Source of the DNA: an uncultured Acidobacteriota bacterium
GTDB lineage: Bacteria; Acidobacteriota; Vicinamibacteria; Vicinamibacterales; CAVVIG01
DNA length: 64,000 bases
Assembly: GCA_963697745.1 (NCBI GenBank)
Contig: CAVOPD010000009.1
Span: forward strand, 20,898-84,897
Direction: 5' to 3'
Of the stretch, positions 21,036-33,737 are shown in pieces. The notes under the pieces are model-generated. The model was not told the DNA's origin. It saw only the letters and a program-made list of their open reading frames with translations, and did no database searches. The position numbers and the translations under genes were made by a program. Within the stretch, counting starts at the first letter, position 1; each line of letters opens with the position of its first letter.

Positions 21036-23365
21036 ATGCGGTCACGAGTGGCAGTCCTCGCGGTGTTGGTCGGTCTGCTTCCTCGACCCGCTTCCGCTCA
21101 ATTGCCTTGGATGAACACCCATCTCAGCCCTGAAGCGCGCGCTGAGCTGCTGCTCGACGCCATGAGCCTCGACCAGAAAATTCAGCAGATGGGAAACTCG
21201 CCTCATCCCAACGAGGAACTGGCTGGTTGCGAATTCACAGCCCCTCGGACGCCACATCGAAGGCATTCCCGAGCTGGCGATTCCGACGTATCGAGCCATC
21301 AACGGCGGCAACGGAATTCGGGGTGGTGACTGCCTTCCAGAGCCGATTTCGACCGGTCTCCCGCAGCGCCACGCTGGGTGCCGCAACGTTCAATCGCGCG
21401 ATCAACTTCGCGTGGGGTGAAGTATTGGGCCAGGAGGCTCGCGACGTCGCGCACCACGTGCTGCTCGGCCCCGGACTCAACCTGATTCGCCATCCGTACA
21501 CAGGGCGAGCCCAGGAGTACATGGGGGAGGATCCGTACCTGATCGGGGTTATCGCGACTGAACAGGTCAAAGGAATTCAGTCCCGCGGCACCCACGCGAT
21601 GATCAAGCACTTCGTGACCAACGACGACGAGGGCGGCCAATTCGAGCGCTGGACGAAAGCCACTCGGGTTCCCGCTCGGGCCATGCACGAGATTTACCTG
21701 CTGCCCTTCGAGATGGCAATTCAGGGACGGGGATGCCGCGTCTCTCATGTGTGCCTTTCCGCACCTCAACGGCGAGTGGGCTTGCGAGAATCAGGAGCTC
21801 ATGATCAAGACGCTGGTGAACCGATGGGGTTTCAAGGGGTACGTAGAAAGTGACCGGCGGGCGGTCCACAGCACGGCTGGCTCGATCCTCGCTCGGATGT
21901 CCATCGAGCTCGACTCTGAAGCCGAGGTTCTACTCGGCCGACGAACGTGAAAGCCGCGATTGCCGCGGGCGAGGTCACGGAGGCTGACATCGACGCGCTG
22001 CTCCGAGGCCGTTACGTGAAGATGTTCGAGTTCGGCCATTTCGACGAGCCGTACGACGCGTTTCTGCGCACCGACTACGTTGGCCACGCTGCGGTGGCGA
22101 AGAAGGCCGCCGAAGAGGGAGTCGTTCTGCTCAAGAACCAGGGAGACTTCCTCCCGCTGACAAAGGGAGTCCGGTCGGTCGCTCTGATCGGCGCCGAATG
22201 GTTCGCGGGCATGGCCACGCTACCGCCTCGCAACGGCAACCCCTGGAGCTTACGACCGTGATTTCCCCTCCCGAGCTCACGATCGCCCCACAGCAGGGAC
22301 TCGAGAACACGCTCGCGAGAACTGGGCTCGACTGCGATCGTCACATATAACAACGGCTCCGACATCGCCGCGGCCGTGGCCCTTGCTCAGGCTTCCGATG
22401 TCGTGATCGTGATGGTTGGGAACACCCCGCGTGAGACGCGCGACCTCGTAGACCTTCGTCTACCAAAAGTCCCGGCTGCGGATAGTTCGCCAGATCCGTG
22501 TGACGCGTGACGAAGAGGAGGCCTGCGAGGCGCCTCCACCGTCTGGCGCTGCTACGACGGATCAGGAGGCACTTGTCGCGGCGATTGCCACGGCGGCCGG
22601 GAACAAGACCGTCGTCGTGCTGAAGACGTCGGGCATGGTGCTCATGCCGTGGCTGGACAACGTGCGCGCACTTCTCGAGGCATGGTTCCCGGGCCAGGCA
22701 TGATGGCGACGTGGTGGCGGATATTCTTTTCGGCGTCATTTCGCCGTCAGGCAAGCTGCCGGTCACTTTCGGCAACACCCCACGCGAGGCTGCCTACGCC
22801 ACAGAAGCCCAGTATCCTGGCGTCCGCGAGAACAACGGCCTACCCGGCGGCCCGGGCTTCGGTACCGGAACCCCTGGTGTCGCGCAGCTCGTGGGCCACT
22901 ACTCGGAAGACCTGGAGGTGGGCTACCGGTGGTACGAGGCCCACAACGTGACAGCCGGTGTTTCCGTTCGGATTCGGTCTGTCGTACACGACGTTCACCT
23001 ACAGCGACCTATCCGTTGGCACCGGCATAGACCAAGAGACTGGCCGCGCGGTCTTGACCGTCACATACAGGATCACCAACACAGGCAATAGACGCGGTGC
23101 CGAGGCATCCCAGGTCTATGTCACGCTCCCCAGTGCGGGTGAACCGTCCAAACGGTTGGTCGGCTTCCGAAGGTCAATCTGATGCCCGGCGAGAGTTGCG
23201 TAACCGTCACCGTAGACTCGTCGGCCTCGAACCATCCCCTGTCGTACTTCGTGCCTGATCCGAACGGGAACTGGTCGGACGGATCTGGTTAACGCCTGGG
23301 AAGGTATACGTTCACGTTGGAACGTCGTCGGCGGATACTCCCCTGGTAGGGACGGTCGACCTGTC
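21036..23365 (+). pseudogene. Glycoside hydrolase family 3 (beta-glucosidase-like), secreted; about 8 frame changes
   Basis: Signal peptide MRSRVAVLAVLVGLLPRPASA. GH3 text follows: IEGIPELAIPTYRAINGGNGIRG, HVLLGPGLNLIRHPYTGRAQEYMGEDPYL, KHFVTNDDEGG, HEIYLLPFEMAI, RWGFKGYVESDRRAV, VVLLKNQGDFLPL, TVVVLKTSGMVLMPWLDNVRALLEAWFPGQ, SPSGKLPVTFG and FPFGFGLSYTTFTYSDL. The 3' end is not resolved. Confidence 0.85.
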
Positions 23366-23379
23366 CTCCCCATCCAATG

Positions 23380-25510
23380 CGACGGCAGTTCACGTAAACG
23401 CCAAACCAGCCCTCGCGTTGGGGTGTTGCGACGACGCAGCGTCTCGCATGGACCTACGCCGGCAAGGCCGCGACCTTCAAGGTCGAGCTCAGTAGAGATG
23501 GCGGAGCCACATGGAATTCGCTCGGCTACGTTGAAAGCAGCGCGCGGAACTTTTACTGGACAGTGCAGGGGCCGCCCACTTCCACCGCAAGACTCAGAGT
23601 GACCGCGGAGACCGAGGCGATGGACGTGAACGACGCCGACATCGACATCGCGTCCCCGACGATCGAAATCCTCGCGCCGGCGGGCTCGATCGCGTCCGGC
23701 TCACCGACGACAATCTTTTTCACGCACAACCTCGGCGTCGGTGCGCGGGTCGCGATCGACGTCAGCGTGGACGACGGTGAGCATTGGACGCCTCTGGCGG
23801 AAACCGAGACCCAGGGGTCCACGACGTCTTCGTATCCGTGGACGGTCGCTCTCTCTCCTGCTTCCAACGCTCGCGTGCGCGTACGGGCGCTGGACGGGAG
23901 TGCAGCCGTGGGCGCGTCTTCGCCGTTTGCGGTGACCGCCGTGCCTGCCGGTCAGAGTGCGCACCTGTTCATTGGAGAGACCGGTCGGCTGGTGTACGTT
24001 CTGTACGCAAAATGGCGATCGCATCCCCGATTTCTCATACGCGGGGTATAACGGCGGTGGAGTCGCGCTTCCAAGGGTGGAAGCGGCAGTCAGAGTGTCT
24101 CCCATCAGGGGCGACGACGGCGCCAACATCCAGGCGGCGATCGATACGGTGAGCGCACGCGAGCCGGATACGGATGGCTTCCGCGGTGCGGTGCTGCTCG
24201 CCGCGGGGGATGTACAACGTCGCAGGACGTCTCAGGATCAGGGCAAGCGGCGTCGTGTTACGCGGGGAGGGCGATAGTCCGAATGGCACGATCATCAGAG
24301 CCACGGGCACGAGCCGCCGCGTTCTCATCACCGTCTCCGGTGTGGCCAATCGGGCGGAGGTGCCGGGAACACGGCAGCCAATCACCGACGCGTACGTGCC
24401 GGTGGGGGTTTACAGCTTCAGCGTGTTAGACGCATCCAGCTTCGCCGTCGGCGACGACGTGCTAGTGACGCGCACGCCGAATCAGGCGTGGATCGATGCG
24501 ATCGGCATGGACGCCTGCACCACCCGCGGTACGGCCTACGACACCTCGGACGTGAGCGGCCGAACCTGCCTTGGCGGGAGCGGCGTCTCGCCATGGACGC
24601 CAGCCGAGCGCATCATGCAGTACGAACGCCGGATCACGTCTATAGAGAAGAATCGCATCACGATCGACGCTCCCGCCGTCGAGGCGATTCAACAGGAGTT
24701 CGGCGGCGGCTATCTCGTCAAATATCGGTTTCCGGGCCGCATTCAGAAGGTTGGCATCGAGGACCTGAGGTCCGAGTCCGACTTCGCGTCTGACACCGAC
24801 GAACAGCATGCGGTGCGATTGGTCGCCTTCGCGAACGTGCAGGACGCGTGGCTGCGGAACGTCACGTCCCGATTCTTCGAGCAGGGCACCGTCGTCGTCC
24901 GCGGGGGGGGCAAGTACGTGACCATACAGGACAGCGCGTCGCTCGATCACAAGTCGCTCGTCACCGGCGGCCGGCGTTATGCGTTCGGCATCGAGCACGT
25001 ACGTTCGTCTTAATGATGCGCTGCCGCGTCACAAGCGGACGCCACGACTTTGTCACCGGCGACGACACGCCTGGCCCCAACGTGTTCCTCGACAGCGCCG
25101 GACTGCAATCGCTCTCGGAACTCGGACCGCATCACCGCTGGGCCACGGGACACTCTTTGACCGCGTTCGCCACGAAAGCGTCGGCCGGGACGAGATCATC
25201 GGCGTCTACAACCGCGGAAACCTGGGCACTGGTCAGGGATGGGCCGGCGCCTACCAGCTGTTCTGGAACTGTGTCGGTGACACGCATCGCGTGGCGAGCC
25301 CGCCATATGCGCGCAACTGGTCGATCGGGTGTAAAGCGCTACGACGGCAGGGAAACGGTGAGTTCGCGTCGTTCGGCGAGCCGGTTCGCGCCCTCGAGTC
25401 TGTATCTGCAGCAACTGCGCGAACGTCTGGGAGAAGCCGCCGTCGACAATATCGGCGACGGGCCTGATGGCCGCACTCAGGGGACGATCGCGCAAACCCG
25501 GCGATTGTAG
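23380..25510 (+). pseudogene. Secreted-type protein with two Asp-box (BNR-like) modules and a right-handed beta-helix (pectate-lyase-superfamily-like) domain; frame-broken; may be fused to the GH3 gene
   Basis: Two paralogous modules carry SxDxGxTW-like boxes: FKVELSRDGGATWNSLG and AIDVSVDDGEHWTPLA. They are followed by PDFSYAGYNGGGVALPRV...GDDGANIQAAIDTVS...GAVLLAAG...GRLRIRASGVVLRGEG. No start codon or signal peptide of its own was found. Stop TAG at 25508-25510. Confidence 0.55.
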
Positions 25511-26223
25511 AACGTCGACGCGTCACGAGGATCCATTGCTGGGCGAGTCAACGGACCGCTGGACCTCGTGACGCCTGGCCGCTGCCCGTGACGTCCTGAA
25601 AGACTCGGGATCAACGCGTGCGAACCAGCGGTCCCATTCACCAACCCACAACACTCAAAGCCACGCCATGTGGAACCGTCTGCCCGCCGTCGTCGCGGGC
25701 GACTGCAGGCTGTGTCCGGTCAACGCCTGACCTGAATCTCGGCTGAAAAGGCCACACCCATAGCTCTCGCAGTCTCCATGCGGAATCCGCACAATCGGAC
25801 GGTCAGATGGAGCGCCACCGCCGGCGTAATTTTCAGCGAACCATGTGAGCTGTTCGACGACTTCAGATGATGCACGAGCGCCGACACTCCGCTTTCTATC
25901 GGGCTCCTGCGCGGCGCAGGCATGTGGGCGGGTTCGACATGTCTGCGGCGGGGGTCTACGAGGTTGAAGACTCGCTTCAAGGTCGACTTCACTTTCCTCG
26001 GGCGATGTGGATTCCATGTTGCATCGGCGTCGCTGGTGGGCCATGGAATTCAGCACCAGAGCGACGACACCAGCTCCTATCCTGCAAAATATCCAGGGAA
26101 GACTTCGGGCCGCGTTGAGAACCATGTCGAATGTGGTGTCGGTTCCGGTTCTCGAGTGACCTTCACCGCGATGTACAGCGACTGAGGACCAGCAGGCGAA
26201 CGGATCGAGTAGGAGAGCAAGCC

Positions 26224-27616
26224 ATGAAGTCTGAGCAGACTCGGTCGATGCCCTTTCCGTACGCGCTTCGATGCACGTGGGTGATCGCAGCAATCATCGC
26301 GCTCGCAGCTACGAGCTGGGCACAGACACGCAACCTCACAGCCGCCAGTCCGCAGGACCCCAACACATCCCGAACTACGCCGAGCCTACCGTCGCCGTCA
26401 GACGACCTGATCGCCAAACTCGAGATCATCTACAAAGACATTCACGCCAATCCTGAACTCTCGATGCAGGAACAGCGGACGGCGGGCATCGCCGCCGAAT
26501 GGTTGCGTCAGCACGGATACGAGGTGACGGAGAACATCGGCGGTACTGGAGTGGTCGGCCTCTTGCGCAATGGCCAGGGCGCAACCGTACTGCTGCGCGC
26601 CGACATGGACGCGTTGCCGATGAAGGAGAACAGCGGCCTTCCGTATGCGAGCACCAAGACGGGCAAGAGCCCGTCCGGCGAGGACACCTCTATTGCGCAC
26701 TCCTGCGGACACGATATGCACGTCACTTGGCTGATGGGGGCGACGCGCATCCTGGCCGAGAACCGCGACAAATGGCGTGGCACGGTCATGGCCGTGTTCC
26801 AGCCGGCAGAAGAGACCGGCGAAGGGGCCAGGGCCATGATTGACGACGCGATGGTGAAGCGCTTCCCAAAACCCGACAGATCGCGCTCGCCCAGCACGTG
26901 ATGGCTCTCCCGCAGGCCGAATCGCTATCGGAGCGGAGCCGTCCTGTCGATGTCGGACAGCTGGGAGGTGAAGCTGTTTGGACGTGGCGGCCATGGCTCC
27001 AGGTCCCGAGTTCACCGTTGCCAATCCAGTGGTGATGGCGGCAGCCTCCGTCTCCGTTTGCAGACCGTCGTGTCGCGCGAGGTCTCGATGATGGACCGCG
27101 CCGTCGTCACCGTCGGCGGGTGTTGCAGGCGGGCAGCAGTCCGAACATCATTCCGGACGACGCGCTGCTACGGCTGAACGTTCGCACGTTCGACGAGCAG
27201 GTGCGAGAGACTGTGCTGTCGGCGATCAAACGCATTCATCAACGCCAAAAGCGGCGGCGTCACAGGCGCCGAAGCCGCCAGCGTACACCGTCGTCGGCGA
27301 ATTTCCGTTGACCAGCAACGATGACGCAGCAACGACCAGGGTGACTGAAGCGCTGAAGGACCGCTTCGGCAGCAACGTGCAGCAGGGCAATCCCGCGACG
27401 GCCAGCGAGGATTTCAGCGTCTTCGCACGAACCTGGAATGTGCCGTCGGTCTTCTGGTTCGTCGGCGGCACCGATCCGCAGAAGTATGCCGAGGCCGAGA
27501 AGACTGGTCGTTTGAACGAGCTCCCATCAAACCATTCGCCTCAGTTTGCGCCCGTTATCAATCCGACCCTGCGAGTCGGGGTGGAGGCGATGCTTGCTGC
27601 GGCCGGCCCCGGCTGA
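26224..27616 (+). pseudogene. M20-family amidohydrolase (hippurate-hydrolase/aminoacylase-like), secreted; about 4 frame changes
   Basis: AGGAG precedes ATG at 26224, with a signal-like N-terminus. The text includes IHANPELSMQEQRTAGIAAEWLRQHGYEV, LLRADMDALPM, AHSCGHDMHVTWLMGA and VFQPAEETGEGARAMI. It then continues across frames with WEVKLFGRGGHGS, LQTVVSREV, NVRTFDEQVRETVLSAIKRI and ASEDFSVFA...PSNHSPQFAP. Confidence 0.75.
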
Positions 27617-27638
27617 CCAGCGTCGCCGCGGAGCAGCG

Positions 27639-28552
27639 ATGATCTGGATCGAGGGCGGACGGTTCGTGATGGGTTCGAACCTCTTCTACCCTGAAGAGCA
27701 GCCCGCTCATCACTCCTCTGTCGAGGGGTTCTGGATCGAGCCATACCCTGTCACCGCCGCAGCGTTCCAGCGATTTGTCGATGCCACCGGGTATGTGACT
27801 GTCGCCGAGCGTCCGCTCGATCCGACCGGCTACCCGGGCGCCGATCCGGCCCTGCCGGTACCGGGCTCATTGGTATTCCGGCGACCGCATAGACCAGTGC
27901 CGCTGCACGATGTTCGCGCCTGGTGGGCATACGTGCCCGCCGCATGCTGGCGGCACCCGGAAGGTCCTGACATACAACCATCGACGGGCGTGAACACCAT
28001 CCCGTTACGCACGTCGCGTACGAGGATGCACTCGCCTACGCGCACTGGGTGGGCAAGGATTTGCCGACCGAAGCCGAATGGGAGTTCGCTGCCCGCGGAG
28101 GACTGCAGGATGCCGTCTACGTGTGGGGCGACGACTTCGCCCCCGACTGGCGCCTGCTCGCCAATACGTGGCAGGGTCGTTTCCCGTGGGAGAACCTGCG
28201 GCTCGACGGATTCGAAGGCACATCGCCCGTCGACGCGTTTCCCCAACGCCTACGGCCTCTACGACATGGCGGGCAACGTCTGGGAGTGGACCAGCGATGT
28301 GTTCTCACCGCAGCATTCACCGGCCCCCTCCAAGCCATGCTGCACGCCGGTCAAAGCACACGCATCAGGAAGCCCGCCGCCCGAATCATCGAGTCGCACG
28401 CAGGCAGCGTTGGCTCGACACGTGATCAAGGGAGGGTCGCACCTCTGCGCACCGAACTACTGCCTGCGGTATCGACCGGCCGCCAGGCAAGGGGAAGCTG
28501 TGGATACCTCCACCTGTCACGTGGGTTTCCGCTGCGTCCTCAGGCCGTCTGA
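27639..28552 (+). pseudogene. Formylglycine-generating enzyme (SUMF1/FGE family) with 2-3 frame changes
   Basis: MIWIEGGRFVMGSNLFYPEEQPAHHSSVEGFWIEPYPVTAAAFQRFVDATGYVTVAE, then HPVTHVAYEDALAYAHWVGKDLPTEAEWEFAARGG, YGLYDMAGNVWEWTSD, and GGSHLCAPNYCLRYRPAARQGEAVDTSTCHVGFRCV. The stop appears lost into read-through. Confidence 0.8.
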
Positions 28553-28616
28553 TCTGTCGTCCCCCCTCTCGTCGAAGAAAAAACCGCCTTCAAGCGGTCG
28601 GCAGACGGGAGATCGC

Positions 28617-29472
28617 GTGCCTGACGGACTCGCGGCTACCTCCAACCTCGCCGTCCAAATCTTCGCGATCTCGAGCATGGCCTCGATCGGATTGCGTTAT
28701 CGCGTCGAAGAGATCATCAATCCCCTGCGCGACGTCTGGGCGGTCGTGCTCGCGCTCGTGGCAAACTTCGTAGCGGTCCCGATACTTGCCTTCGGGATTC
28801 TCGGAATTGATCGAGCTCGACACCGTGTACGCCATCGGCCTCGTCCTCGTGGCATCGGCGGCAGGGGCCCCAATGATCATCAAATTCACGCAACTCGCTG
28901 GCGGAGATGTCGCCTTCAGTGCGGGAGTGTTGGTGCTGCTGATTGTCGTATCGATCGGCTATATGCCATTCGTGGTGCCGCTGTTCGCACCAGGTTCCGA
29001 GATCACGGCGTCGGCGATCGCCGCGCCACTCGTCCTGACGATGCTGCTGCCGCTCGGTGCCGGTTTGATGGTGAAGCGTCTGGCGTCGGCGGCAGGTCGC
29101 ATCTTGCCCATTCTTGACGTGGTCACGAACGCCTCGCTCCTGACGCTCGTGGTGCTGACGTTTGCGCTGAATCTTTCGACCCTCCTCAACGTCGTCGGAA
29201 CCGGCGCCATCGCCGCGTCGCTACTGTTTATCGCTGGCGCTTTTGGCATCGGGTGGATGTTCGGCGGAAGCTTCGGTGAGCATCTGCGCGACGAGATGGC
29301 GCTCGCCACCGCGCAGCGCAACTTCGCAGCCGCGCTTGTCGTGGCCACCCAGGCCTTCGACGCGCCAGGCGTGGTGGTCATGGCGGTCGTCGTGTCGATC
29401 GTGACCATGGCTGTCCTGTTTCCGGCTGCGAAACTGCTCAACAGGCGTGCGCAGCCGGCAGTCCGCCGTTGC
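28617..29472 (+). pseudogene. Bile acid:Na+ symporter (BASS/SBF-like) family transporter, frame-broken
   Basis: The protein is hydrophobic throughout: LAVQIFAISSMASIGL, VWAVVLALVANFVAVPILAFGI, then (frame 28786..) YAIGLVLVASAAGAPMIIKFTQLAGGDVAFSAGVLVLL...ALATAQRNFAAALVVA. Start (GTG at 28617) and stop are tentative. Confidence 0.6.
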
Positions 29473-29525
29473 GTGATCAGCAGAACGGTCGCGTTACGCC
29501 AATGGAATGATCAGGAGATCCGCAC

Positions 29526-31877
29526 ATGCCGTCCGATATTCCGCGTCACGTGCTTCCCATTCCTGACCGGCCGTACGCCGGACCGACGATGTACGACGCA
29601 CGGGATCCGGATAGCGAATTACGAACCGATCGAGCCGGTGCGCCCACCGGCTGGCGCGCCCAACATCCTGCTCGTCCTGCTTGACGATGCCGGCTTTGGC
29701 TCGAACAGCGCATTCGGCGGCCCGTGCCGGACGCCGACGTTCGATCGCCTGGCGGCCGACGGCCTGCGCTACCTCCGGTTCCACACGACCGCGATGTGCT
29801 CGCCGACGCGCCAGGCGCTGCTCACCGGACGGAACCATCACTCGGTGGGGATGGGCGCGGTCGCTGACATGGCGTCAGCCGCACCGGGCTACACGTCGCG
29901 CCGGCCGAATACCGCGGCGACGACCGCAGAGACGTTGCGCTTGAACGGCTACTCGACGGCGCAGTTCGGGAAGTGCCACGAGGTGCCGAGCTGGGAGTGG
30001 AGCCGATGGGGCCGTTCGACCGGTGGCCGACCGGCAGCGGATTCGAGTACTTCTATGGCTTCATTGGCGGCGAAACGAGCCAGTTCTATCCGAGTCTGAC
30101 CGAGGGCACGACGCCGGTGACGCCGGATCGGACGCCGGAGGAGGGCTATCACCTCACGGAGGACCTCGCCGAGAAGGCGCGGCAGATGGCTGGGCAGCAA
30201 CGTGCGCTAATGCCGGACAAGCCGTTCTTTCTCTACTTCGCGCCTGGCGCGACCCATGCCCCCATTCACGCGCCGGCGCACGTGGCGCGATCGCTACCGC
30301 GGAGAGTTCGACAGGGCTGGGACACGCTGCGCGAGGAGATCTTCGCTCGCCAGAAACAGCTCGGCATCGTCCCGCCTGACTGCGAGCTCACCGCCCGGCC
30401 GGATGGCATCCCCGCGTGGAGCGACGTTGCGGACGACATGAAGCCGGTGCTCACGCGCCAGATGGAGCTCTACGCCGCGTTCCTGGAGCACACGGACTAC
30501 TGCATCGGTCAGGTGATCGACGCGGTCGAGGAGCTTGGGGCGCTCGACGACACGTTGACTCTACGTCATCACCGGCGACAACGGCGCGTCGGGCGAGGGT
30601 ACGCTCAACGGGACGTGGAACGAGTCATTGACCATGACCGGCATGGACCACGTCGAAACCCCGAGTTCCTGCGCGAGCGCCTGGAGTCGTTTGGCACGCC
30701 CGACTCGTACCCGCAGTACTCGCTCGGCTGGGGCCACGCGATGAACACGCCGTACCAGTGGACGAAGCGGATTGGCGTCGCACTGGGGCGGGACGCGGAA
30801 CGGCTTGATCGTTCATTGGCCTCGTGGCATCAAGGCCCGCGGCGAACTGCGCCACCAGTTCCATCACGTCATCGACGTCGCACCCACGTTCCTCGAGGTC
30901 GCCGGACTGCCGCAGCCGTACAGGTCGACGGCGTCACGCAGCAGCCGATCGAAGGCGTGAGCATGGTGTAGAGCTTCGACAGCCGGACGCGCCGGACCGG
31001 CATGAGACGCAATACTTCGAAATCCTCGGCAATCGCGGCATCTACCACAAGGGATGGACGGCGGTCGCCGCGCACAATCCGCCTGGCGCAGGATGGCCCG
31101 CCGCGGACTCCACGATGCCGTCTGGGAGCTCTACGACACCCAAGACCGACTGGTCGCAGGCGCGCGACCTCGCCAGCGAACAGCCGGAGAAGCTGCGCGA
31201 GCTCCAGCGCCTGTTCCTCATCGAAGCTGCCAGGCACAACGTGCTGCCGCTCGAGGATCGCGTCGCCGAGCTAGCCAACCCAGATACGGCCGGCGACCAG
31301 TGCTCGCGCGGACTGCGGCGCCAGCGGCTGTATCGGGGGATCGGCGGCTCAACGCCTTCTCCGTCATCAGCATCAAGAACAAGTCCCATCGAGTGACGGC
31401 GGAGGTCATGTCCCCGCGACTGGCGGTGACGGCGTCATCGTCGCGCAAGGAGGGTTCCCCGGAGGTTGGTCGATTTACGTCGAAGGAGGGCGCCCGAAGT
31501 ACTGCTACAACTTCTACGGGGTCGATCTCTTCCACGTCGAAGGCACCGAGCGGTTGCCACCGGCACGCACCGCGTTCGCATGGATTTCAAGTACGACGGC
31601 GGTGGTCCGGCGAAAGGCGGGAACCGTGACGCTCTTCATCGACGACCGGCGCGTCGGCGAGGGAAGGGTTGAACGGACGCAGCCGCTTCCGTTCGCCAGC
31701 GATGAGCCGCTCGAGATCGGCACCGACACCGGCTCGCCGGTGACGCGTGACTATTCGGTTCGCCGGTTCACCGGCTCGGTGCACTGGGTCGACATCGAGA
31801 TCCCCGAGGGCGCGCGTGACAGCGACCACGAGATTTCGGACGAACAGCGGATGGAAGCCGCAATCGTCAAGGAGTGA
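29526..31877 (+). pseudogene. Cys-type arylsulfatase (large AtsA-like, about 780 aa) with about 8 frame changes
   Basis: AGGAG precedes ATG at 29526. The text includes GAPNILLVLLDDAGFGSNSAFGGPCRTPTFDRLAADGLRYLRFHTTAMCSPTRQALLTGRNHH, which carries the CxPxR formylglycine motif. It continues with QFGKCHEVP, FEYFYGFIGGE, PFFLYFAPGATHAP, LGWGHAMNTPYQWTK, ASHWGGTRNGLIVHWP and HHVIDVAPTFLEVAGLPQP. The C-terminal domain is HRVRMDFKYDGGGPAKGGTVTLFIDDRRVGEG. Confidence 0.85.
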
Positions 31878-31969
31878 GATCGTTTGGATTCCCCGAGCCC
31901 TGGTTCGGAGCCGAGCCCTGACGCACCCGTGCCCGGAGAGGGCGCCGCCATCGACTGACCTGGGTGCGG

Positions 31970-33702
31970 ATGCCGCCGCAGCCGGGCTACGTGAACTGCG
32001 CGAGGCAGTCGCGAACGCCGGCGACGACCTGGCACCGCGTCCGTCGTTGCGGGACGACGCGCTGGCAGGCCTGAGCCTCGCTGTCGCGAACGTACCCGAC
32101 GGGATGGCCGATGGCGTGCTCGGGCCGGCGTCAATCCGCTTTACGGCCTGTACGCCACCATGGTGGGACCGTTCGTGGGCGGTCTTCTGTCGAGCACTGG
32201 CTCATGGTGATCACGACCACAGCCGCGGCCTCGCTCACGGCGGGCAGTCGCTCACGCAGACGGGCCCCGTAGGAACGCGGCAACGCGCTGTTCGCGCTGG
32301 TATTCCTCGTCGGCGCGTTCCAGATCTGTTCGGTGTGCTAGGCTCGGCTCGGCTGACGCGCTTCGTCTCCTATTCGGTCACGACAGGGTTCCTGTTCGGC
32401 ATTCGACCTGTTGATCGTGAGCCAGATACCGACGGTGGCCGGATACGCGGCTAGCGGCAGAAATAAGGTCATGCAGGCGTCGACGTGTTCGCGCACTACA
32501 GCGAGATCAATCTGGCCGCGCTGACCACGGGCGGTGCTCGCGCTGGCGCTCGCTGTGTCGCTTCCTCGAACGAGGCTGCGAAGCGTCGGCCGTCTGGTGG
32601 CGGTAGTGGCTCCCTCATTAGCTGATCGCGTTGGTCGGCGGGCCCAAGTGCAGATCGTGTCCGACGTGGGCGAGATCGCGGGAAACATTCCCACTCCGCA
32701 GCTCCCGGCAGTTCACGCTCGTCGACACGCTGAGCATCGTGACCGGTGCCCTGTCGGTCGCGATCGTGACGCTGGTGCAGGGCGTCGGCGTCAGTCAGAG
32801 GTGCCGAACCGGGATGGCTCACGCACACGGATTTCGCGAGACTTCATTGCGCAGGGTGCCGCCAACGTGGCGTGCGGCCTTTTTCGCGGCTTGCCGGTTG
32901 GCGGATCGCTGAGCGGCACGGAGATCAATGCGATCTCCGGCGCGGTCACGAGGTGGGCCTCGATCTTCGCTGGGCTCGTGGATGGCGGTAATCGTGATAG
33001 TCGTCCCCACGTTGGTCGGGTTCATCGCGATGCCCGCGCTCGGCGCCTTGCTGATCGTCGCGGGTGCGAGCAGCCTGAAGCCGTCGGAAGTGGCGGCGCT
33101 GCGCAATGCCGGCTGGCCTTCGGTCATGGCGGGTGCCACGACGTATCTCGCGACCTTGTTCCTTCCCATTCAGGTCGCAGTGGGCCTGGGCGTGGTGCTC
33201 TCAACCCTTCTTTTCCTCAGCCGGACGGCGAGCGCCGTGACCATCGTCCAACTGGTGAAGCACGATGACGGCCGGATCGAGGAGCGCACGGCGCCGCGGC
33301 AATTACCGAGCGGCGCGGTAATCGTGCTCGACGTGTACGGGGAGCTGTTCTACGCCGGCGCCAGGACCTTCGAGCGACTCCTGCCCACGTGCTCGCGGGT
33401 CCGATCGTGCGGCCGTCGTGCTGCGGTTACGCGGACGACGCACGCTGGATGCGACGCTGATCGATGTGCTCAGCCGGTATGCCAACGAGCTCGAACAGAC
33501 GAACGGCCGACTGTATCTCGCCGGTGTGAGTGATGCGGCGCATCAGCAGATCGTCCGCTCAGACAAGCTGCAACTGCACGAAGCGGCGGACGCCCATCGA
33601 GCCACTCCATTCGTATGGGAGTCTACCCGCGCGGCCGTGGAAGACGCCCGGACGTGGCTCGCCGTGCCTGGAGAACGCGACAGCAACATGCCCCCGTCCT
33701 GA
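31970..33702 (+). pseudogene. SulP-family anion permease with a C-terminal STAS domain; many frame changes; start tentative
   Basis: LRDDALAGLSLAVANVPDGMADGVL.GVNPLYGLYATMVGPFVGGLLSS (hand-joined), then LTRFVSYSVTTGF, IAQGAANVACGLFRGLPVGGSLSGT and LIVAGASSLKPSEV. The STAS text is LDVYGELFYAGARTFERLLP...LRLRGRRTLDATLIDVLSRYANELEQTNGRLYLAGV. Confidence 0.75.
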
Positions 33703-33737
33703 AGCGATTCGAAGACGTCCGAGTCTTCCGAATGACT

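Noticed and set aside
25655-26293. A 212-aa minus-strand ORF considered as a gene call.
   Set aside because: Only short stretches look protein-like, a competing frame exists, and no family is recognised. It is recorded as a finding instead of a feature.
27672-27681. A GGTTCGAACC string resembling a tRNA T-arm.
   Set aside because: It lies inside the FGE coding text (GGRFVMGSNLFYP). No acceptor, D or anticodon arms can be drawn around it. I found no tRNA anywhere in the window.
28578-28598. A hairpin (ACCGC-N6-GCGGT) followed by a T-run on the minus strand, resembling an intrinsic terminator.
   Set aside because: The stem is only 5 bp and no minus-strand gene ends upstream of it. It sits between the + strand FGE and BASS genes.
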